Position numbers and translations under genes: made by a program
Shown: in pieces, positions 26,372-32,000 of the stretch
Layout: every line of letters starts with the position of its first letter
Numbering within the stretch: position 1 is the stretch's first letter
Notes under the pieces: model-generated
What the model saw: only the letters and a program-made list of their open reading frames with translations
The model's database searches: none
What the model was told of the DNA's origin: nothing
NCBI RefSeq assembly: GCF_014280195.1
Contig: NZ_CP047960.1
Coordinates: 2,273,374-2,305,373 of the forward strand
Source: Synechococcus sp. A15-24
GTDB taxonomy: Bacteria > Cyanobacteriota > Cyanobacteriia > PCC-6307 > Cyanobiaceae
Direction: 5' to 3'
Length of the DNA stretch: 32,000 nt

Positions 26372-28053
26372 CAGGCTGAACGCTGGGCCAGGAGGCTGGC
26401 TGCATAAAGATCAGCCTGATCTCCACCCGCCAGTTCAGCCAGTTCCTGCTGGCGCTCGCGAGTGTCCTGCAGTCGGGACACTCGCGAATAGGTGACGCCT
26501 TCCTTCACCTCCTTGTTGACCCTGAAGTGATGATCCGCAACCGCTGCCACCAAGGGTTGATGGGTCACACAAAACACCTGACGTTGCTCACCGAGGCTGC
26601 GCAACAAATCGGCCATCGCTCCACTCACACGGCCACTGACGCCAGCATCGATCTCGTCAAACAGCAGCGTGCTGGAGCTGTCCACTGCAGCAAGGGTCGT
26701 CTTCAACGCCAACAGAAAACGCGACATCTCACCTCCAGACGCCACCTCCACCAACGGTGCCAGTGGCTGACCGGGATTCGCGGAAAACAGGAAAGAGACG
26801 GCATCCGCTCCATGGTCTGCCGGTTCGGCAAGACGCAGATCCACCTCAAAACGCACATTGGCTAGGCCCATTGGGGGCAACAGCTTGAGCAAGGAAGACT
26901 GGAGATCGATGGCAGCCTGAGAACGGGCCTGTCGCAAGGCGGCATTGGCCTGATCCCGTTGGTGGCGCTGCGACTGTTCAACCAATCTCAATCGCTGAAG
27001 ATCCGCTTCGAACCCCCCATCACCCAGCCGCTGCCGCAAACCATCGCGACGGTCGATCAAACCGGCCAGATCAAGGCCATGACGACGCTGCAGCCGCTTC
27101 AGTTCCGCCAGACGCTCCTGAATCCGATCGAGATGCTCCGGGTCACTCTCCAAAGCCAAGCTGTAGTGATCGAGGGACCGCAGAAGCTCCTCAACATTCG
27201 CCTCCAGATCCAGGGCCTGATCCTTCACCGCCGTCAGGGAACCGTCCAGTTGAGCCATCGCCTGCAGCTCCTGGACCGACGCGGCGAAATGGTCCTGCAG
27301 TGACGGGGTCTGGTCCGCACCGTCCCTGAAACGACGAAACAACTGGGCCAATCCCTCCTGCAAACGAACGCCATGGACCAATCGATCCTGGTCCTGTTCC
27401 AGCTGCTCTTGTTCCCCAGGATCCTCCAGACCGGCCGCCTCAAGCTGCTCGAGCAAGTCCTCCTGCTCGGCCCGTTCCTCCTCGCAACGCTGCTGTTCCC
27501 GTTCAACCGCCTCAAGGGCCGCTGCTGATTCACACCACCCCTGCCAGGCCGCGGCCACATCAGCTTTCAGTGCCGCCAGGGATGAGCCCCCCAGATGATC
27601 CAGCCATTGGCGCTGTTGCCCGGGCTTGGACAACAGCTGGGTGTGACCCTGCACCGTGAGATCGATCAACAGCGGCCGCAGGGACAACAGCTGCTGACGG
27701 TTCACCGGTGTGCCATTAAGACGCGAACGGCTGGACCAACGGTCGCCGTCCTGACGTTTCCATTCCCGGCTGACCAGAAGCTCGTCCTCCGGCTCGAAAT
27801 CCGCCTCAGACAACCAGGCCTGCAGAAGCGGCGTGAGCTGAAAACTGGCTTCGATGCGCGACCGCTCGGAACCCTCGCGCAGCAAACGCTGGCCAGCAGC
27901 TCCCTGAGCGCCACCAAGCACTGCATCAAGGGCGTCGAGGAGGAGTGATTTTCCAGCACCGGTTTCACCGGTGAGCACCGTGAAACCCGATCCGAACTCC
28001 AGTTCGAGCCGATCGATCAGGGCGATGTTCTGCAGCTGCAGACCGGTGAGCAC
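26371..28053 (-). CDS. recN: DNA repair protein RecN
   Basis: 560 aa with a GTG start. MLTGLQLQNIALIDRLELEFGSGFTVLTGETGAGKS (SMC-like Walker A), a long coiled-coil middle, and a C-terminal ASGGEMSRFLLAL signature with LLFDEIDAGV Walker B. Confidence 0.93.
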   Translation of the reverse strand: MLTGLQLQNIALIDRLELEFGSGFTVLTGETGAGKSLLLDALDAVLGGAQGAAGQRLLREGSERSRIEASFQLTPLLQAWLSEADFEPEDELLVSREWKRQDGDRWSSRSRLNGTPVNRQQLLSLRPLLIDLTVQGHTQLLSKPGQQRQWLDHLGGSSLAALKADVAAAWQGWCESAAALEAVEREQQRCEEERAEQEDLLEQLEAAGLEDPGEQEQLEQDQDRLVHGVRLQEGLAQLFRRFRDGADQTPSLQDHFAASVQELQAMAQLDGSLTAVKDQALDLEANVEELLRSLDHYSLALESDPEHLDRIQERLAELKRLQRRHGLDLAGLIDRRDGLRQRLGDGGFEADLQRLRLVEQSQRHQRDQANAALRQARSQAAIDLQSSLLKLLPPMGLANVRFEVDLRLAEPADHGADAVSFLFSANPGQPLAPLVEVASGGEMSRFLLALKTTLAAVDSSSTLLFDEIDAGVSGRVSGAMADLLRSLGEQRQVFCVTHQPLVAAVADHHFRVNKEVKEGVTYSRVSRLQDTRERQQELAELAGGDQADLYAASLLAQRSA

Positions 28054-28107
28054 GCCATCCCCGGTGGTGAAGCCGACCGTAGCGACGGCTCGCGTCGTTT
28101 AGAAGGG

Positions 28108-29988
28108 GTGCACCAAACCCCTTTAACGATGACAGCGGAGCTTGGGGATTTCATCGAAGCAGCTGGTCTGCTCGAGTACGACCCCGCTGCCATCACCAGG
28201 ATCTATGCAGGTCATCCCCAACGGCTAATCCGCCGCCTGTGGCAGACCCTTGTCCCAATCGGGCTGCTGCTGCTCGGCGTGGCCTTCGACTGGCTGTTCC
28301 AGCTTCTGAAGGATGAAGAACGGGCCCGGAGCCGTGCCCGCGAATGCGCTGAACTGCTGGTGGATCTGGGACCCGCCTTCATCAAAGCTGGCCAGGCCCT
28401 GTCCACCCGACCCGACATCGTGCCTCCTCTGTTGTTGGAGGAACTCTCACAACTGCAGGATCAATTGCCGGGTTTCGATAGCGATCTGGCCATGGCTTGT
28501 ATCGAGGAAGACCTGGGTGCACCGGTCGATGAGCTCTATGAGCAGCTCGACCGGGACCCGATCTCTGCAGCCTCACTTGGTCAGGTGCACCGCGGCGTTC
28601 TCAACAACGGACAGAAGGTTGCGGTCAAAGTTCAGCGACCCGGTCTGCGCGAACAGATCACGCTGGATCTCTACATCGTCCGCAACATCGCCGCCTGGTT
28701 GAACAGCAACATCGGCCTGATCCGCAGCGACCTGGTTGCCCTGATCGATGAATTAGGCCGTCGGGTGTTCGAGGAGATGGACTACCTGAATGAGGCGGCC
28801 AACGCTGAAAAATTCGCTGAGCTGCATCGCCACAATCCCCGCATCGCCGTACCGGCCATCTTCCACGAGGCCACCAGCCGTCGTGTGCTGACGATGGAGT
28901 GGATCGATGGGGTGAAGCTCACCAATCTCGATGCGGTCCGTGAGCTGGGCATCGACCCCGACGACATGGTGGATGTCGGTGTGAACTGCAGCTTGCAGCA
29001 ATTGCTGGAGCACGGCTTCTTCCATGCCGACCCTCATCCGGGCAACCTGCTGGCCCTCGCGGATGGCCGGCTCTGCTATCTGGATTTCGGGATGATGAGT
29101 GAAGTCAGCCGTGAGTCCCGCACCGGATTGATTCAAGCGGTGGTGCACCTGGTGAACCGCAATTTCGGAAAGCTCTCCAAAGACTTCGTCACCCTTGGTT
29201 TCCTGGCGGAAGACGTCAATCTCGAGCCCATCGTTCCGGCATTCGAATCCGTCTTCAGTCAGGCCCTGGAAGCTGGGGTCAATCGCATGGACTTCAAGGC
29301 CGTAACCGACGACATGTCCGGTGTGATGTACAAATTCCCTTTCCGCGTCCCGCCCTATTACGCACTCATCATCCGCTCCCTGGTCACGCTTGAAGGCATC
29401 GCCTTGAGCGTCGACCCACAGTTCAAGATCCTTGGCGCGGCGTACCCCTATTTCGCCAGGAGATTGATGGAGGATCCCGATCCGCAATTGCGGCAGAGCC
29501 TCAAGGAAATGTTGTTCGACGGTGACGCATTCCGCTGGACACGTCTGGAAAATCTGGTGTCCAGTGCAGCCAGCCAGGCACAACTGGACCTCGAAGCCCT
29601 GCTGGATCAGCTTCTCGATTTCCTGTTCTCTCCCAAAGCCGGTTTGCTCAGAGATCAACTTGTTGAGGCCACTGTGGATCGCCTCGACGCCATTGGCTGG
29701 TCGACCATGCAACGGCTCGGACGCCGCTTGCCCAAGCGACTCCAACCCTCAGCCTTCCAGTCTCGAGGACTGCCCCCAGCCGATCCACTGCTGAAGTTGG
29801 AACCGATTCGTGAACTGATCAACGTTCTCCAATCTCTACCGGGCTTCACTCCCGACCTGCTGATGAAACGGATGCCCAGGCTGCTCAATGAACCGGACAC
29901 CCGTCGGATGGGTGTTCAAGTCGCTCAGGGTCTGGCCGAACGAGGAGTTGTCCGCCTCGTGAGGGTTGCTGCTGGAGTCTCCACCTAA
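28108..29988 (+). CDS. ABC1/UbiB-family atypical protein kinase
   Basis: 626 aa with LGPAFIKAGQALSTRPD, AAASLGQVH, VAVKVQRPG and FHADPHPGNL motifs. An alternative ATG start lies at 28129. Confidence 0.9.
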   Translation: MHQTPLTMTAELGDFIEAAGLLEYDPAAITRIYAGHPQRLIRRLWQTLVPIGLLLLGVAFDWLFQLLKDEERARSRARECAELLVDLGPAFIKAGQALSTRPDIVPPLLLEELSQLQDQLPGFDSDLAMACIEEDLGAPVDELYEQLDRDPISAASLGQVHRGVLNNGQKVAVKVQRPGLREQITLDLYIVRNIAAWLNSNIGLIRSDLVALIDELGRRVFEEMDYLNEAANAEKFAELHRHNPRIAVPAIFHEATSRRVLTMEWIDGVKLTNLDAVRELGIDPDDMVDVGVNCSLQQLLEHGFFHADPHPGNLLALADGRLCYLDFGMMSEVSRESRTGLIQAVVHLVNRNFGKLSKDFVTLGFLAEDVNLEPIVPAFESVFSQALEAGVNRMDFKAVTDDMSGVMYKFPFRVPPYYALIIRSLVTLEGIALSVDPQFKILGAAYPYFARRLMEDPDPQLRQSLKEMLFDGDAFRWTRLENLVSSAASQAQLDLEALLDQLLDFLFSPKAGLLRDQLVEATVDRLDAIGWSTMQRLGRRLPKRLQPSAFQSRGLPPADPLLKLEPIRELINVLQSLPGFTPDLLMKRMPRLLNEPDTRRMGVQVAQGLAERGVVRLVRVAAGVST

Positions 29989-30012
29989 GTTCTGGGCATT
30001 GCTCCAGGGTTC

Positions 30013-30597
30013 ATGCCAACCTTCAAAACACGTCGCTGCCGGGCGATAGCCCTGGCCGCAACCTGGAGTATTGGGTTGACCGCCCTGGCCAGCCCAGCGC
30101 TAGCAGCAAAAGACGTTGCACTGGTCAGTGGAGCCTTTCGGCGCTCAATCCCCGTCGAAGACATCGAGCATCTGGCCAACACCGGTGAAGCGAGAGGTTT
30201 GCTGGAGCAGCTCCTGGTTCTATCCAAACAGGATCCTGAAAACGTCGCCAAACTCCTCAACCAAAAACTGGATCTGCCTCTGGTTCTCACCAGTCGTCTG
30301 ATTAACACCCGCATTGGTGAAGCGATCATCCGACGTGTGGGGCAGATCCTTTATCCGATCTACACACCTCAACCTGAAGTCAGTATCCCCGCGTTGCGGG
30401 CTGGCGTGATCAACGGACTCCACAACAGCGGTGACGGACTGACCGCCGTGGATTTCCTCAAGGCCTATCCCAATGAAGTGTTGGCTGTGAACCTTCCGGC
30501 CCTGTTCTCCGTAATCGACAAAGCCCAATCCATTTCAGGACTGGTGCAGTTCTTCTCCGATTCACCCCTGGACGGCCTGAAGGAAGCCAAGCCCTGA
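30013..30597 (+). CDS. Secreted stand-alone DUF1400-like protein
   Basis: 194 aa with a signal peptide ending ALA-AKD. It has no catalytic hydrolase domain. LRAGVINGLHNSGDGLTAVDFLKAYPNEVLAVNL parallels MLTEALVRAERNGQPNVLGFLRELPGEQASIDL in the 21857..23353 hydrolase. Confidence 0.65.
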   Translation: MPTFKTRRCRAIALAATWSIGLTALASPALAAKDVALVSGAFRRSIPVEDIEHLANTGEARGLLEQLLVLSKQDPENVAKLLNQKLDLPLVLTSRLINTRIGEAIIRRVGQILYPIYTPQPEVSIPALRAGVINGLHNSGDGLTAVDFLKAYPNEVLAVNLPALFSVIDKAQSISGLVQFFSDSPLDGLKEAKP

Positions 30598-30681
30598 ACC
30601 TCGTAGATTCCGCCTGACTCCAAGCAGCATCCGGTGTCCCTGTTCCAGAACCTCCGTCGGCGCTTTGCGGCCACTCCTGTG

Positions 30682-31740
30682 ATGCAGGACTGGCCCGGTC
30701 TGATCGAGGCATACAGAGCCTGGCTACCGGTGACCTCCACCACGCCCGTGATCACCCTCAGGGAGGGGGCGACTCCACTGATCCCTGTACCCGCCATCGA
30801 GGAACGGATCGGCAAGGACGTGAAGGTCTTCGTCAAGTACGACGGTCTCAACCCGACCGGATCCTTCAAAGATCGGGGCATGACCATGGCCATCAGCAAG
30901 GCCAAGGAAGCCGGCTGCGAGGCTGTGATCTGTGCCAGTACCGGCAACACCAGTGCAGCCGCCGCGGCCTACGCCCGTCGCGGAGGAATGCGGGCCTTCG
31001 TGCTGATCCCCGACGGATACGTCGCCCAAGGAAAACTGGCACAGGCCCTTGTCTACGGCGCTGAGGTTCTGGCGATTCGCGGCAATTTCGACCGGGCTCT
31101 GGACATCGTTCGCGAAGCGGCGGAGAAATACCCCGTGACGCTGGTGAACTCGGTAAACCCCTACCGACTTCAGGGCCAGAAAACCGCTGCCTTTGAAATC
31201 GTCGATGCCCTCGGTAATGCCCCCGATTGGCTGTGCATCCCCATGGGCAACGCCGGCAACATCACGGCCTACTGGATGGGGTTCCAGGAATACCAACAGG
31301 CCGGTCACTGCCGCACACTGCCGCGCATGATGGGCTTCCAGGCCAGCGGCTCAGCGCCGTTGGTCAACGACACCACCGTGAGCGATCCAGACACGATTGC
31401 AACCGCCATTCGCATCGGCAATCCGGTGAACCGCGCCAAAGCGATCGCCGCTCGTCATGCCAGCAACGGTGCCTTCCTCGACGTCACCGATGCCGAAATC
31501 ATCGAGGCCTACAAGCTTCTGGGTGGCCAAGAAGGCATCTTCTGCGAACCGGCCAGTGCAGCCTCCGTCGCAGGTCTCTTGAAGCGGAAAGATGAAGTCC
31601 CGGCTGGAGCGAGCGTGGTCTGCGTGCTCACCGGCAATGGCCTGAAGGATCCGGATTGCGCCATCAACAACAACGATGCCGCCTTCCATACAGACCTGAA
31701 ACCCGATCTCGCCACGGTGGCGGGAGTCATGGGTTTTTAA
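30682..31740 (+). CDS. thrC: Threonine synthase
   Basis: MQDWPGLIEAYRAWLPVTSTTPVITLREGATPLI parallels B. subtilis MWKGLIHQYKEFLPVT..LHEGNTPLI. The PLP-lysine motif is NPTGSFKDRG. The track start GTG 30634 adds 16 non-conserved residues, so ATG 30682 is preferred. Confidence 0.95.
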   Translation: MQDWPGLIEAYRAWLPVTSTTPVITLREGATPLIPVPAIEERIGKDVKVFVKYDGLNPTGSFKDRGMTMAISKAKEAGCEAVICASTGNTSAAAAAYARRGGMRAFVLIPDGYVAQGKLAQALVYGAEVLAIRGNFDRALDIVREAAEKYPVTLVNSVNPYRLQGQKTAAFEIVDALGNAPDWLCIPMGNAGNITAYWMGFQEYQQAGHCRTLPRMMGFQASGSAPLVNDTTVSDPDTIATAIRIGNPVNRAKAIAARHASNGAFLDVTDAEIIEAYKLLGGQEGIFCEPASAASVAGLLKRKDEVPAGASVVCVLTGNGLKDPDCAINNNDAAFHTDLKPDLATVAGVMGF

Positions 31741-31764
31741 ACCAACACCTGTCTGATCCCTCAC

Positions 31765-31788
31765 GACCCCGACAGGGGTCTTTTTTTT
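31765..31788 (+). terminator. Rho-independent terminator of thrC
   Basis: GACCCC-GACA-GGGGTC followed by T8, 25 nt after the thrC stop. Confidence 0.8.
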
Positions 31789-31916
31789 CTTTAAACCACC
31801 GGCCAACCGACAAAGCGACTGGGGAAGACCATCAACAAGTCGCTCAACAGATTGGGGAAAGAACGAGCAAACGCGACGCGCTGGAGCATCAGCTTTTCTC
31901 CACAAGCAGTGAAGAA

Positions 31917-32000
31917 GTGGAAAACACGTTCCCCCTCCCCAGCACCCGATTCATTCTCCTCAACTCATTACTGCTATCAGCCTTGGTCATGATTGGGATC
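31917..32000 (+). CDS. Possible 5' end of a membrane or secreted protein gene running off the right edge
   Basis: The GTG at 31917 opens a frame reading VENTFPLPSTRFILLNSLLLSALVMIGI (hydrophobic) to the window edge. There is no other support. Confidence 0.2.
   Translation, partial: MENTFPLPSTRFILLNSLLLSALVMIGI

Noticed and set aside
28103-28123. Small hairpin AAGGGGT-N7-ACCCCTT and palindrome GGTGCACC overlapping the GTG start of the ABC1 kinase, in the recN/ABC1 divergent region
   Set aside because: The 7-bp stem is modest, has no flanking U-tract and is not repeated elsewhere in the window. It mainly bears on the choice between GTG 28108 and ATG 28129. I found no LexA-like box here.

Overview
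The window looks like an ordinary, densely packed core-genome stretch of a high-GC (about 60%) marine picocyanobacterium, probably Synechococcus-like. This is inferred from gene content (psbQ/CyanoQ, two-domain sucrose-phosphate synthase, IctB-like protein, Tic20-like protein, AcnB as aconitase) and codon bias; no strain can be named from the sequence alone.

Gene order:
- DAHP synthase (partial, -)
- acnB, CLC channel homologue, radical SAM protein (+)
- IctB/O-antigen-ligase-like protein, purU (-)
- psbQ, thiO-like oxidase, pstS (+)
- dnaK (-)
- aroE, Tic20-like protein, rpsF, small coiled-coil ORF (+)
- argG, small membrane ORF (-)
- small acidic ORF, mraY, two small ORFs, purT (+)
- sps, secreted alpha/beta hydrolase, uvrA, recN (-)
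- ABC1/UbiB kinase, DUF1400-like protein, thrC (+)

I found no tRNA, rRNA, CRISPR array, IS element, integrase, toxin-antitoxin pair or recognisable defence module, and I cannot honestly point to a new multi-gene system. The many long ORFs antisense to real genes are the usual high-GC artefacts.

Observations worth a second look are smaller in scale:
1. Two junctions (CLC/radical SAM and psbQ/thiO) where the downstream protein appears to begin before any ATG/GTG/TTG. Each has an in-frame CTG overlapping the upstream TGA in a near-identical CArCTGAAyCA context.
2. A pstS whose textbook lipoprotein n-region (MRRSNSFRA) sits one nucleotide out of frame at a CCC run.
3. A CLC homologue lacking the central Ser and Tyr anion-coordinating residues.
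4. An unlisted 52-codon single-TM ORF overlapping its neighbours at both ends, between mraY and purT.
5. Two perfect stem-loops (10 bp and 15 bp) bracketing a small ORF between rpsF and argG.
6. Two signal-peptide-bearing DUF1400-like paralogues flanking the uvrA-recN-ABC1 block.
7. An AT-rich repeat-bearing spacer upstream of sps.

All family assignments come from motif recognition by eye and from memory. None has been checked by a database search.
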